This document shows positions 9,313-19,099 of a DNA stretch of 64,000 bases, one piece after another. Location of the stretch: contig CALUQJ010000001.1 in NCBI GenBank assembly GCA_944322865.1, forward strand, positions 2,223 to 66,222. Reading direction: 5' to 3'. Under the pieces are notes generated by a model, which saw nothing but the letters and a program-made list of their open reading frames with translations, had not been told where the DNA came from and did not search any database. The stretch is from Candidatus Gastranaerophilales bacterium. GTDB lineage: Bacteria; Cyanobacteriota; Vampirovibrionia; Gastranaerophilales; Gastranaerophilaceae. The first letter of the stretch is position 1. Every line of letters begins with the position of its first letter. Position numbers and translations under genes: made by a program.

Positions 9313-10182
9313 ATGAATATAGATACATCTTCATCAGCAATAAGTTCAACAAGTACATCAACAGCAACTATTTCACAGAGTTCGCAAACTTCTAAATCCG
9401 ACTCTGCATCTTTTAAAGACGAAATGAAAACCGCATCTGCAAAAGAAGAACAAGCAGCAGAAAAAACAGAGCAGGCTGAAGAAGCAGAACAGACAAAAGA
9501 AACTGAGCAATCCGAAGAAACTCAAAAAACAGAAGATGACAACAAGGACTCTGAGAACAAAGACAAGTCTAAAGATGAAGCTCATCTGGATTCAGACAAA
9601 ACTTTAAAGGCAGAATTAAAATACAATGATTTAAAAATCCAAAATGAAACACTGTTGAGTAAAAATATCCAATCACTCATTAATACGCGTGATATGATAT
9701 CATTTAATAATACTGATTTTTCATCAATGCAAGCGAGTTTAAATTATCAATCAATTTCAATGGATGATAATGACGCAATGTTTTTTACAGATCTTGTCAA
9801 AAACACCAATATGTCAATGCAGTCTATTGCAGGACAGTTGAGTCAAATGTCAGATGTTAATGTTCAGGCAGCAGAAAAAACAGCAAAAGTTTCTGCCACA
9901 ATGATGAATTTGCTCTCTGATTCTTTGAAAACCAACCAGCCATTCAGAATAGATTTTGACAAAGATGTTTCTGTCATTATAAAGGTAAATAAAGACGGAA
10001 GTATTATGGCTAACTTTATCCCCGGCGACAAGGCGGTAGAAGAATATTTGAAAAATAATATAGGATATTTAAGACAGCGGTTTGATGAACAAAATCTCTC
10101 ATACAGCCAGTTGTCATATTCAAAACATAAACAACAGCAGGAACAACAAAATCAAAATAAAAAGGAGAACGCGGATGAATGA
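9313..10182 (+). CDS. Flagellar hook-length control protein FliK-like
   Basis: Acidic S/T/E/K low-complexity N-terminus. C-terminus FRIDFDKDVSVIIKVNKDGSIMANFIPGDKAVEEYLKNNIGYLRQRFDEQNL resembles the FliK C-terminal domain. Position lies between fliJ and a hook gene. Confidence 0.45.
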   Translation: MNIDTSSSAISSTSTSTATISQSSQTSKSDSASFKDEMKTASAKEEQAAEKTEQAEEAEQTKETEQSEETQKTEDDNKDSENKDKSKDEAHLDSDKTLKAELKYNDLKIQNETLLSKNIQSLINTRDMISFNNTDFSSMQASLNYQSISMDDNDAMFFTDLVKNTNMSMQSIAGQLSQMSDVNVQAAEKTAKVSATMMNLLSDSLKTNQPFRIDFDKDVSVIIKVNKDGSIMANFIPGDKAVEEYLKNNIGYLRQRFDEQNLSYSQLSYSKHKQQQEQQNQNKKENADE

Positions 10183-11011
10183 TTCTTTTACCACGGCAAT
10201 AAATACCCAGAAGGCAACAACAAACTGGATGGATGTTATTGCGGATAACATGACAAACATCTATACTCCGGGTTTTAAAGAAAAACAGGTAACATTTAAA
10301 ACATTTTTAGGCGGAGCAATAGCCGATGACTACGAAAAGAAAATGAGTCAGGGTAAATCTACTCCTGGTACTTCTAAAGATAACGTGTTTTTGGAAGGCA
10401 GCGGTTTTTTCCTTACTAAAACAAAAGAAGGGAAAAGCGTTTATACTCGTCTTGGCGAATTTACTTTTGATAACGAAGGTGTTTACCGTGCTAAAAACGG
10501 TAATACTGTTCAGGGATACATTCTGAACGACAAAGGTGAAATAATGCAGGGCACAAAACCGATTACAGCAGATCTCTATCAGGAAACAGCACTTAAAGGC
10601 GGCTCGCTTGATATTCCGACAACAGATATTAAACTCTGGATTGACCCTAATAACGGTAAATTCCTTGGTAAATACGATGAATATGAAATTAAAAATGACG
10701 GTACAATTATTGGTAAAGCTGACGGCGGAAAAAGAACAGTGCCATTATATAAAATTACCCTGAGAAACTTCCATAATTCGGCAGCATTATATGAATTTAA
10801 AGACGGATATTATCTTGAAACTGAAGAATCCGGAAAACCTGTTCTCGGTGTCGGCGAAATCCGTTCAGGACTTTTAGAATTGTCTAATGCAGATTTTAAA
10901 GGTAATATTTCTTACTTCCAGATGGCTAAATTGCAGCTTGAAATATCAAATAAATTGATATCTTCTAACAAAGAATTGCTTGAAGAAGCACTTCGTCTGG
11001 TAGGTAGCTAA
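10175..11011 (+). CDS. Flagellar hook/rod protein (FlgE/FlgG family, short form)
   Basis: SD AAAGGAG at 10161. N-terminus MDVIADNMTNIYTPGFK (Flg_bb_rod motif). C-terminus GLLELSNADFKGNISYFQMAKLQLEISNKLI. The start overlaps the fliK-like stop. The track ORF start at 10082 was rejected. Confidence 0.72.
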   Translation: MNDSFTTAINTQKATTNWMDVIADNMTNIYTPGFKEKQVTFKTFLGGAIADDYEKKMSQGKSTPGTSKDNVFLEGSGFFLTKTKEGKSVYTRLGEFTFDNEGVYRAKNGNTVQGYILNDKGEIMQGTKPITADLYQETALKGGSLDIPTTDIKLWIDPNNGKFLGKYDEYEIKNDGTIIGKADGGKRTVPLYKITLRNFHNSAALYEFKDGYYLETEESGKPVLGVGEIRSGLLELSNADFKGNISYFQMAKLQLEISNKLISSNKELLEEALRLVGS

Positions 11012-11041
11012 GGTATAAACTGTATCAAAACTCCATTTTTT

Positions 11042-11070
11042 GAGGGACACAATGTCCCTCTTTTATTTTT
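11042..11070 (+). terminator. Rho-independent terminator after the hook gene
   Basis: Stem GAGGGACA/TGTCCCTC followed by TTTTATTTTT. Confidence 0.7.
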
Positions 11071-11072
11071 TA

Positions 11073-11966
11073 TTATCTAATATACAATTTTTGATTTTGG
11101 AGTTTGGATATTGCGCCATAAGGTAAAGTTACTTTATCTTTTTCATGGGTAATTTTAAACCCGCCTAAGACAGGGACTTGGAGTTTATCCGCAATTTCAT
11201 AAAATAAATCATCCAGCCAGTTTTTATTATCAATATCCAGAAAATCCCCCAGAACTATTGCCTGAACATTATCGCGGAATTGTTTTATATTCATTAATTG
11301 AGTCATCATTTTGTCAATACGATAAACCGATTCGTTAAGTTCTTCCGTAAAGAAGATGAATTTTTCCGCCGGCAGAAAATCAACACCGCAAAGCGAAACT
11401 ATGGTTGCTAAATTTCCACCCCACAAAATACCTTCAGCATCACCGTCCAGATAGCAAACCCCATTTGACGGAGTTATGACAAGAGGATTATCAGATGTAA
11501 CCGCATCAAAAAAGGCTTTAATCGTAAATGTGGAAGGATTTTCCAGCCCAAAATCACTCTGTGCAAGCGGACCTGAATATGTAATTAGACCGGCACGCTT
11601 GTAAATCATTGCAGAAAGTGCAGAAATATCAGAATACCCGCAAAAGATCTTCGGATTTTTGCGGATTATATCATAGTTAATTTTTTCTATAAGTCTGATT
11701 GCACCATAGCCACCGCGCATACAGATAATAGCGTTAATCTCCGGATTAAGAAAAAATTTGTGCAGTTCTTCAACTTTTTTTTCGTCATCGCCTGCAAGAT
11801 AACGGCATTTATCAAAAACATTTTCACTCAACACAACCCTATATCCGCGCTCTTCAAAAAATTGCTTTGCACGCAAAACATTTTCCTTACTTTCAACAGC
11901 ACCGGCGGTTGCTAAAATGCCTATTGTATCTCCTTTTTTTAAACTTGGCGGTTTAATTATGTTCAT
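11073..11966 (-). CDS. ldcA: LD-carboxypeptidase (peptidase S66, muramoyltetrapeptide carboxypeptidase)
   Basis: GDTIGILATAGAV, CGYSDISAL (nucleophile Ser) and ITHEKDKVTLPYG (His) match the LdcA family pattern. Confidence 0.8.
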   Translation of the reverse strand: MNIIKPPSLKKGDTIGILATAGAVESKENVLRAKQFFEERGYRVVLSENVFDKCRYLAGDDEKKVEELHKFFLNPEINAIICMRGGYGAIRLIEKINYDIIRKNPKIFCGYSDISALSAMIYKRAGLITYSGPLAQSDFGLENPSTFTIKAFFDAVTSDNPLVITPSNGVCYLDGDAEGILWGGNLATIVSLCGVDFLPAEKFIFFTEELNESVYRIDKMMTQLMNIKQFRDNVQAIVLGDFLDIDNKNWLDDLFYEIADKLQVPVLGGFKITHEKDKVTLPYGAISKLQNQKLYIR

Positions 11967-11991
11967 ATTTTTACCTTTTTTCTCTAACTTC

Positions 11992-12000
11992 TGCTATAAT
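11992..12000 (+). promoter_or_regulatory. Extended -10 (TGC-TATAAT) placed 6 nt before the dnaX ATG (leaderless geometry)
   Basis: TGCTATAAT at 11992-12000, GATATC, ATG at 12007, no SD. Confidence 0.45.
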
Positions 12001-12006
12001 GATATC

Positions 12007-13827
12007 ATGAACGAAAAATATATACCTTTATATCGAAAATACCGACCTCAAACACTGGAAGAAGTCGTTGGACAAGAACATATTAAAAAAGCTCTTACAA
12101 ATGCAATAGAATTGAATAAAATTTCACATGCTTATTTGTTTACAGGTCCGCGCGGAACCGGTAAAACTTCTACCGCTAGAATTTTTGCAAAATCTTTGAA
12201 CTGCAAAGAAGGTCCGACAATTCACCCTTGCGGTAAGTGCGAAAACTGTATTGATATTACAAACTCCACCCCTATGGATGTTATAGAAATAGATGCGGCT
12301 AGCAACAGAAAAGTTGAAGATGCACAAAATATACTTGAAAAAGTTATGTATGCTCCTGTAAACAGCCGCTATAAAATATATATTATAGACGAAGTCCACA
12401 TGTTATCAACAACAGCCTTTAATGCTTTATTGAAAACACTTGAAGAACCGCCTAAAAACGTAATCTTCATACTTGCAACAACAGAAGTACATAAAGTTCT
12501 AGATACAATCAAAAGCCGCTGCCAGAGATATGATTTTAAGCGTATAACGACATCTGACATAGCAGCACATTTAAGAATGATATCCGACAAAGAAGGCATA
12601 AATATTACTGACGATGCACTTATGACTATCGCAAAAAATTCCGCAGGAGGAATGCGTGATAGTATTGCACTACTTGATCAATTGAGTGTACTCGACGGCG
12701 CAGATGCTATTACAACTGAGGATATAAATAATTTACTCGGACGACTTTCTTTTGATGTTTTGAAAGAATTAACAGATGCAATTATTGACTCAGCTCCGAA
12801 CAACGGTATCACCATACTTGAAAAAATATATAATTCAGGGAACGAACCGGTACAAATTTTAACCAACCATCTGGATTATCTGAAAAATTTATTAATTGTG
12901 AAAACATGCAAAAAAGATATAGTGCTTGAATTAACTCAATTAAACGATGTCCAACTCAACGCACTACTTAGTCAGGCAGAAAAATTAGACACACATCAAA
13001 TAGTTTTTCTCATAGATAAGTGTTCGGAATACATAAAAGAACTCAAAACAACCAACAATCCACGTCTATGGCTGGAAGTTGCGGTGATTGATATGGCTAA
13101 TCTTGCAGAAAATACTTCCTTACTGGAACTGCAAAACAGAATTTCACGTCTTGAAGGCGGAGCAATAGAACCCCAGCCGCGCCAATATCATTCTGTAACA
13201 GCGCCTGTACTCAAACCCGAACACATTGCACAACAAACAGCGCAAAAAAGTGAACCTCAGACTTCCTCTGCAAACGAAATTGCAACACCGCCGGAAAAAG
13301 TTGAACATCATAAAACTCCTCCAGCTCAAGAGGATTTTTCGCCAATTCCTGTTTCCAAGCACACTTCAACAAATGATATCAGTGTACTATGGGGACAATT
13401 ACTCGACAATATCCAGAATGTTCCGACGCGTGCTCTGTTGAAACAATGGGCTAACCCGATAGAAATATCACCAGATGGGGTAACATTAACTTTAAAATCA
13501 GAAGTTCTGCTCAAACAATTTGTCGAAGGGGCTAAAAAACAAACGTTACAAAATGCTGTAGATACAATGTTTAACCAGCAAAATACGCATGTTGTAGTTC
13601 GGCTTCCGCAGGCAAGCGATGTAAAAGTAGAGGCTGCCCCCCCAAAGTCTAATCCGGTGCCTCAGCCGGTAAAAAAAACAGAGGAAGTGACTGAAGAAGA
13701 AGTTGAAACAGCTAAAAACGAAATTAAAGAAGTTAAGTTGAAATCTAAAAACAATGTTGACAGCTTGTTATATTCCGATACTGTAAATATGGTAATGGAA
13801 CTTTTTGACGGCAAAATTATTGAATAA
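12007..13827 (+). CDS. dnaX: DNA polymerase III subunit gamma/tau
   Basis: YRKYRPQTLEEVVGQEHI, GPRGTGKTS, Zn module CKEGPTIHPCGKCENC, IIDEVHMLS, SRCQRYDF. The start at 12007 fits the family N-terminus; the track start at 11917 was rejected. Confidence 0.92.
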   Translation: MNEKYIPLYRKYRPQTLEEVVGQEHIKKALTNAIELNKISHAYLFTGPRGTGKTSTARIFAKSLNCKEGPTIHPCGKCENCIDITNSTPMDVIEIDAASNRKVEDAQNILEKVMYAPVNSRYKIYIIDEVHMLSTTAFNALLKTLEEPPKNVIFILATTEVHKVLDTIKSRCQRYDFKRITTSDIAAHLRMISDKEGINITDDALMTIAKNSAGGMRDSIALLDQLSVLDGADAITTEDINNLLGRLSFDVLKELTDAIIDSAPNNGITILEKIYNSGNEPVQILTNHLDYLKNLLIVKTCKKDIVLELTQLNDVQLNALLSQAEKLDTHQIVFLIDKCSEYIKELKTTNNPRLWLEVAVIDMANLAENTSLLELQNRISRLEGGAIEPQPRQYHSVTAPVLKPEHIAQQTAQKSEPQTSSANEIATPPEKVEHHKTPPAQEDFSPIPVSKHTSTNDISVLWGQLLDNIQNVPTRALLKQWANPIEISPDGVTLTLKSEVLLKQFVEGAKKQTLQNAVDTMFNQQNTHVVVRLPQASDVKVEAAPPKSNPVPQPVKKTEEVTEEEVETAKNEIKEVKLKSKNNVDSLLYSDTVNMVMELFDGKIIE

Positions 13828-13834
13828 ATTTTCA

Positions 13835-13862
13835 TAAAAAAAAACGGATTTAATAAATCCGG
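13835..13862 (-). terminator. Rho-independent terminator for the minus-strand operon ending at 13901
   Basis: Hairpin CGGATTTA/TAAATCCG with the T-run on the minus strand (A10 on plus, 13835-13844). Confidence 0.55.
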
Positions 13863-13900
13863 AAAATAATTCACTTAACTACTCCATAGTCAAATACCAA

Positions 13901-14248
13901 TTAAAAAGGTTTTGTTTGATTTAATTTCATTCGTAATTCACGGAATCTTGCAATATCCTCCTGCGTTTTGCCACTGTCTTTAAATACAGCCTGAGATGCA
14001 GGATGAACCATTAATACATAATCCATGTGAATTTCAAGAAAATTATATTTTCTTGGCGGCTGATTTGTGTTACGCGGATAAATTTCTGCGTTGGTAACCG
14101 CTAAAAATCTTCGTTCTTTATCGTTCAACAAATCCGTAAGTTCACGGTTTGTGTTTGTGTATTTTGAAACATGCACAACCCCTTTAATATCGTGATCTAC
14201 TGTTAAAATACAAACTTCTATAGGTACTGTATCAATATTTTTTGCCAT
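13901..14248 (-). CDS. Hypothetical protein (115 aa)
   Basis: SD AAGGAT. No motif recognised. Lies downstream of yitT in the same orientation. Confidence 0.5.
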   Translation of the reverse strand: MAKNIDTVPIEVCILTVDHDIKGVVHVSKYTNTNRELTDLLNDKERRFLAVTNAEIYPRNTNQPPRKYNFLEIHMDYVLMVHPASQAVFKDSGKTQEDIARFRELRMKLNQTKPF

Positions 14249-14306
14249 GTTTAAATCCTTAAATTCCCTTTATCTTTATTATAATACATTTTTTATAAAT
14301 TGTCCA

Positions 14307-15161
14307 TTATTTTTTTATTCTTCCGCCAAAAGTTTCGTGCACATCAACAACCGCAACAAAAGCCGAAGGATCAATTTCTTTAACAATTTCTTTGAGCTTT
14401 GACATCTCCAAACGTGCAACTACACAATAGATAAGCTTTTTACCTTTACGGGAAAATCCGCCCTCTCCGTCAAGATAAGTAACACCGACATCCAGTCGTT
14501 CCAAAAGTGCCTGACCAATTTCGTAAGCACTGTCACTTATAATGCGGACAGATTTTGAATTATTAAGCCCTTCTAATACAGCGTCAATGATTTTGGATGC
14601 TATAAAATACGTTATAATTGCATACATAGCTTTTTCTGCCCCAAATACAAACCCTGCCGCCGCATAAATTATAACGTTAAATCCCATTATAATTTCACCG
14701 ATGGAAAAACCGAATTTTTTAGATAAAACAAGTGACATAATTTCGGTACCATCCATAGAGCCTTCATTCTTTAAAACAATACCAACGCCTAATCCGAGAA
14801 TAATACCGCCAAAAACTGTTGCAAGCAGTAAATCATTCGTCACATTTTCTATATGATGAAAAAAGTTTGTTCCCAATGACAGTATGCCGATCGCATAAAA
14901 AGTTTGGAGTACAAATTTTTTCCCGATTTTGTTAAATGCGAGTAAAATAAACGGCATATTAAGAATAAAGATTAACAGACCGAGGTTGTATTTGGTTATA
15001 TGTGCCAATATAATGCTGACACCGATAATGCCGCCGTCAATAATATTATTTGGAACAAGAAAACATTCAAGTGCATAAGCCGCAATAAGCGGACCAATGG
15101 TTAAGAAAAAGATTTTTTTTAAGATTCGAAAAAATAGTGTTCGCATTGCATGACTATGCAT
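14307..15161 (-). CDS. YitT-family membrane protein with C-terminal DUF2179 domain
   Basis: ECFLVPNNIIDGGIIGVSIIL repeat-type TM core. C-terminus SVRIISD...YLDGEGGFSRKGKKLIYCVVARLEMSKLKEIV..DPSAFV is typical DUF2179. 8-nt overlap with cdaA. Confidence 0.8.
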   Translation of the reverse strand: MHSHAMRTLFFRILKKIFFLTIGPLIAAYALECFLVPNNIIDGGIIGVSIILAHITKYNLGLLIFILNMPFILLAFNKIGKKFVLQTFYAIGILSLGTNFFHHIENVTNDLLLATVFGGIILGLGVGIVLKNEGSMDGTEIMSLVLSKKFGFSIGEIIMGFNVIIYAAAGFVFGAEKAMYAIITYFIASKIIDAVLEGLNNSKSVRIISDSAYEIGQALLERLDVGVTYLDGEGGFSRKGKKLIYCVVARLEMSKLKEIVKEIDPSAFVAVVDVHETFGGRIKK

Positions 15162-16077
15162 TGTTTTTTCCTTTCGGCTGATTCTGATGAACAGATTTTT
15201 TTATTGTTATAAAGTTATTTATTTTAAAGATTGTTTTCTTTTCTTCTTCGGTTTCATCCTTAATGCCGAGTATTTTTTCAAGATCATTTTTAAGCGTTAC
15301 AAGATCATCATATTTTTTTAAGGTACCGTCTATTGCCACAGAAACATCGCCGGTTTCTTCAGAAACAACAAGACATGCCGCCTCGCTTGCTTCGCTCATG
15401 CCAATTGCTGCGCGATGACGTGTGCCGTATTTCCAGCTTAATTTAGGATCTTCTGTCAGCGGGAGAAGAACTCCGGCTGAAATGATTTTAGATCCGTTGA
15501 TAACAACTGCGCCGTCATGCAGCGGTGTATTAGGGTGGAAAATTGTCAAAATCAATTCTGTTGATAAATCCGCATTTAATTTTGTTCCTACATCACTATA
15601 GGTGTTGCTTAAATCGCTCTGGAATACGATCAATGCACCGGTGTGGGATTTAGAAAGATATTTAACCGCTTCTATTAATTCTTTTATAACATCTATTTTA
15701 GGATTTTTAGCGGCATGGGAAGTCGGATTAAATGCACGTGAGATAAAATCAACCTGACCTAAAAATCCAAGAAATCTTCTGAGTTCAGGCTGAAATATTA
15801 CGATAAGACTTAATGAAATAAGCGTTACAACTGATTTCAAAAACATACCGAGGATACGCAAATCCAGCCGCACAAGAACTTCGCCGAACATCCAGAAAAA
15901 TATCAGAATAAACAGTCCTTTAACAAATTTTTCGGACGGTGTATTTTTGATAAATTTTTTGTAAAAAGCATACAAAATTCCGACAATAACTAAAATTTCC
16001 ACAACATTAGTAAAACTGAAAGACCAGTCAAGAGCGCCTATTTGGTTTTGAAAAAAGTTTACTAAGTCGTTTATCAT
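15154..16077 (-). CDS. cdaA: Diadenylate cyclase CdaA (c-di-AMP synthase), membrane-anchored
   Basis: Three N-terminal TM helices. DAC motifs LHDGAVVI and GTRHRAAIGMSE. ATGA overlap with lysA. Confidence 0.88.
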   Translation of the reverse strand: MINDLVNFFQNQIGALDWSFSFTNVVEILVIVGILYAFYKKFIKNTPSEKFVKGLFILIFFWMFGEVLVRLDLRILGMFLKSVVTLISLSLIVIFQPELRRFLGFLGQVDFISRAFNPTSHAAKNPKIDVIKELIEAVKYLSKSHTGALIVFQSDLSNTYSDVGTKLNADLSTELILTIFHPNTPLHDGAVVINGSKIISAGVLLPLTEDPKLSWKYGTRHRAAIGMSEASEAACLVVSEETGDVSVAIDGTLKKYDDLVTLKNDLEKILGIKDETEEEKKTIFKINNFITIKKSVHQNQPKGKNNA

Positions 16078-17399
16078 TTTTTCAACCTCTGCGGAATAAT
16101 ATCGTGTGCAACTATATCATCAAGCGTTTCTCTTTTAACGATTAATTCAGCTTTACCTTCATTTACAAGCACCATGGCAGGTTTTAGTACTCTGTTGTAG
16201 TTAGAAGCCATCGAGTAGTTATACGCACCTGTATTGTAAACACAAAGAATATCACCTTCATCAATTTCGGGAAGAGCAATATTTTTTATAAGAATGTCAC
16301 CGCTTTCACAGAAACGTCCGGCGATGGTAACGGTTTGCAAATTTTGAGCATCGGGTTTGTTAACTATTTGCGCAGTATATTCAGCGCCATACATTGAAGG
16401 TCTGGCATTGTCAGCCATACCGCCGTCAACGGCAAAATATTTTTTCCCATGCGGCACTTGTTTGGAACTGCCTAAAGTATAAAGGGTCACGCCGGCGGTT
16501 GAAATAATACTTCTGCCGGGTTCGATGAACAAAGCCGGAGGGGTTATATTATACTTTTCAATATTTTTGTTTAAACTTGTTATAATTTTTTCCGCAATAT
16601 CATAAGTTGAAGGCGGAATATCATTTTCTGTGTATTTGACGCCTAAACCGCCGCCAACATTTATTTCATCAAGCTTAAGTGAATATTTTTCATCTAAGCG
16701 TGCTATTTCTTTTATGAGAATTTCTATTTCATCGGCATAAATAGTTGTTGCAAAAATCTGGGATCCGATGTGAGCATGCAGTCCATGAAGTTTTAGATTT
16801 TTATATTGTTCCAGAATAAGTTCAACAGCTTCATCTATCTGGGTCAAATCAAAACCGAATTTAGAATCCAGATGCCCTGTCTGAATATATTCGTGCGTAT
16901 GGCATTCAATTCCCGGGGTTATTCTGAGTAAAATATCCGCAACTTTATTATGAGATTTAGCTATTTCATTCAGAAGTGACAATTCAAAAAAGTTATCTAC
17001 AGATATCCGTCCGACACCGAGTTCAATTGCAAGCGTTAATTCATCAACGGATTTATTATTACCGTTAAACAATACTTTAGACATATCAATTCCGGCGTTG
17101 TAAACCGTATAAATTTCGCCGGCTGATACAACATCAAATCCGAATCCTTCACTTGCAAGAAGTACAGAAACAGCTGAAGTACAGAGTGCTTTAGAGGCAT
17201 ACATCATATTTACTTTAGGATAATTTTTAAAGGCATCTTTATAGTCGTTACAAACAGAACGTATAGTTTTTTCATCTAACACATATAAAGGTGTGCCGTA
17301 TTCCTGAGCAAGCTCAATCAAGTCACAGCCGCCAATTTCCAAATTGCCTTGCTGATTTACCTGTAATGTTAAAGGTTTTAAACTCTGATTAGTGCTCAC
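16074..17399 (-). CDS. lysA: Diaminopimelate decarboxylase
   Basis: MYASKA (PLP Lys), HAHIGSQ, GGGLGV, CESGD, YNYSMASNYN. GTG start with GGAG SD. Confidence 0.92.
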   Translation of the reverse strand: MSTNQSLKPLTLQVNQQGNLEIGGCDLIELAQEYGTPLYVLDEKTIRSVCNDYKDAFKNYPKVNMMYASKALCTSAVSVLLASEGFGFDVVSAGEIYTVYNAGIDMSKVLFNGNNKSVDELTLAIELGVGRISVDNFFELSLLNEIAKSHNKVADILLRITPGIECHTHEYIQTGHLDSKFGFDLTQIDEAVELILEQYKNLKLHGLHAHIGSQIFATTIYADEIEILIKEIARLDEKYSLKLDEINVGGGLGVKYTENDIPPSTYDIAEKIITSLNKNIEKYNITPPALFIEPGRSIISTAGVTLYTLGSSKQVPHGKKYFAVDGGMADNARPSMYGAEYTAQIVNKPDAQNLQTVTIAGRFCESGDILIKNIALPEIDEGDILCVYNTGAYNYSMASNYNRVLKPAMVLVNEGKAELIVKRETLDDIVAHDIIPQRLKK

Positions 17400-17508
17400 C
17401 GCAATAACTCCGGATAATCTCTCTACATAATTATAATATCATACTTTTCTTAAAAAATAAATACTTTAAATGTCTGATGATATAAAGATTTTCTTAAATT
17501 TTTAAAAT

Positions 17509-18108
17509 TTACCCGTCCAACTGATCATAAACCTTTTTAATTTCTTTTATATCCTGCCACATCAGCCATTTAGGACTGCCTTTTTCTCTGGAATCGTTCC
17601 TTAAGAGATAAGACGGGTGAAAAATCGGCATCATTTTAGAAAAATTAGGACCTTCAAACCAGCGTCCGCGCAATTTAGTTATTCCGAGTTTTGTATCCAT
17701 AAGCGAACTTACTGCAACCCGTCCGCAAAGCAATATGATACGCGGCTGCAAAATATCAATTTGAGCCTTGAGATATTCACTGCAAGCCTCTTTTTCCTCA
17801 GGCAGCGGATCACGGTTTTGCGGCGGGCGGCATTTAAGTGTGTTACAGATATAAACATGTTTGTGCCTGTCCAGCCCTACAGATGCAAATATTTTATCCA
17901 GCAGCTGACCAGCCTTGCCGACAAACGGTTCGCCTTTTAAATCTTCATAATATCCTGGCGCCTCACCTATCAACATCAATTTGCGGTTTGGTACTCCGCC
18001 TGAAAATACAATATTTGTTCTTGTTTTACACAGAGCACACTTTTCGCATTTTAAACATTTTGCCCTGACTTCATCAAGTTCTGACTCCGCTTTTTCCAGA
18101 TCCTGCAT
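17509..18108 (-). CDS. udg: Uracil-DNA glycosylase, family 4
   Basis: Fe-S Cys cluster CLKCEKCALC, motif A LIGEAPG, motif B HPSYLLRN. Confidence 0.85.
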   Translation of the reverse strand: MQDLEKAESELDEVRAKCLKCEKCALCKTRTNIVFSGGVPNRKLMLIGEAPGYYEDLKGEPFVGKAGQLLDKIFASVGLDRHKHVYICNTLKCRPPQNRDPLPEEKEACSEYLKAQIDILQPRIILLCGRVAVSSLMDTKLGITKLRGRWFEGPNFSKMMPIFHPSYLLRNDSREKGSPKWLMWQDIKEIKKVYDQLDG

Positions 18109-18231
18109 TCAATTCACCTTCCTTATATTACATTATATTCTAAAAAGATTAAAAATACATTAACAAAAAAAGCGACTCGAATTTTTGATGTAAAATATAA
18201 TTAAAGGCAGATAATTAATGAGGGAAAAAAC

Positions 18232-19071
18232 ATGTGGGAATATACAGAAAAAGTAATGGATCACTATAGAAACCCGCGTAATGTAGGTAAAATAGATAAT
18301 GCAGATGCTGTCGGACTTGCAGGTTCTCTTGCCTGCGGCGACCAGTTAAAAATATATTTAAAAATTGAAAACGGCATTGTTACAGATGCTAAATTCCAAA
18401 CATTCGGCTGCGGCTCTGCGGTTGCGAGTTCAAGTATCTTAACAGAAATGATTATAGGAAAATCTGTTGATGAAGTCAGAAAAATAACCAACAAAGACAT
18501 AGCCGACCAGTTAGGCGGTTTGCCGCCTGAAAAAATGCACTGCTCAGTTATGGGCTATGAGGCGCTTGAAGATGCTCTTAAAAACTACAAAACAGACGAA
18601 ATGATTGACTTAGACGAATTAAGAGAGGAAGAAGTCAAAGAAAAAATCGTATGCACCTGTTTTAATGTTACGGAAAATCAGATCTGGGATGCCATAAAAA
18701 TAAACGGACTTAAAACAGTCGAAGAAATTACAAACTATACCAAAGCCGGCGGGGCTTGCGGAAAGTGCAAAGATTTAATTCAAGATATTATTGATACTTA
18801 CTATCACAAAGAACACGAAGAAAAAAAATCAGAATTAACCCCGACTCAAAAAATTCTTAAGATAAACAGTATCATTGAAAACCAGATATCCGATGAATTA
18901 CGAAAAGACGGCGGAGATATTACCCTTGTCGATATTGACGGCAACCGTGTAATGGTTAAGCTGCGCGGGAAATGTTCAGGCTGCAAAAATTCACATCTGA
19001 CACTCAAATCTTTTGTAGAAACAACACTGAGAGAAGCTGTTGATCCTGATATTGAAGTGGTAGAAGTTTAA
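18232..19071 (+). CDS. nifU: NifU-type Fe-S cluster assembly scaffold (IscU-like N-terminus, BFD-like 2Fe-2S middle, NifU C-terminus)
   Basis: YRNPRNVG..ACGD..FGCGSAVASS..CSVMG; CTCFNV...GGACGKC; C-terminal CSGC. Confidence 0.87.
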   Translation: MWEYTEKVMDHYRNPRNVGKIDNADAVGLAGSLACGDQLKIYLKIENGIVTDAKFQTFGCGSAVASSSILTEMIIGKSVDEVRKITNKDIADQLGGLPPEKMHCSVMGYEALEDALKNYKTDEMIDLDELREEEVKEKIVCTCFNVTENQIWDAIKINGLKTVEEITNYTKAGGACGKCKDLIQDIIDTYYHKEHEEKKSELTPTQKILKINSIIENQISDELRKDGGDITLVDIDGNRVMVKLRGKCSGCKNSHLTLKSFVETTLREAVDPDIEVVEV

Positions 19072-19099
19072 TAGTTGTGATTATGAAAGGCAAAATAAA

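Noticed and set aside
10082-10174. N-terminal extensions of track ORFs. Starts at 10082, 11917, 20557, 21164, 26944, 30861, 33550, 37075, 40128 and 49641, and the 2304 start.
   Set aside because: In each case a downstream ATG matches the family N-terminus and has an SD or promoter geometry. The extensions run through upstream genes or promoters.
13671-13678. A8 run in dnaX (GTA AAA AAA ACA) as a possible tau/gamma -1 frameshift site.
   Set aside because: It lies only about 50 codons before the normal stop, so a frameshift product would be almost full length and could not generate a gamma-like subunit.
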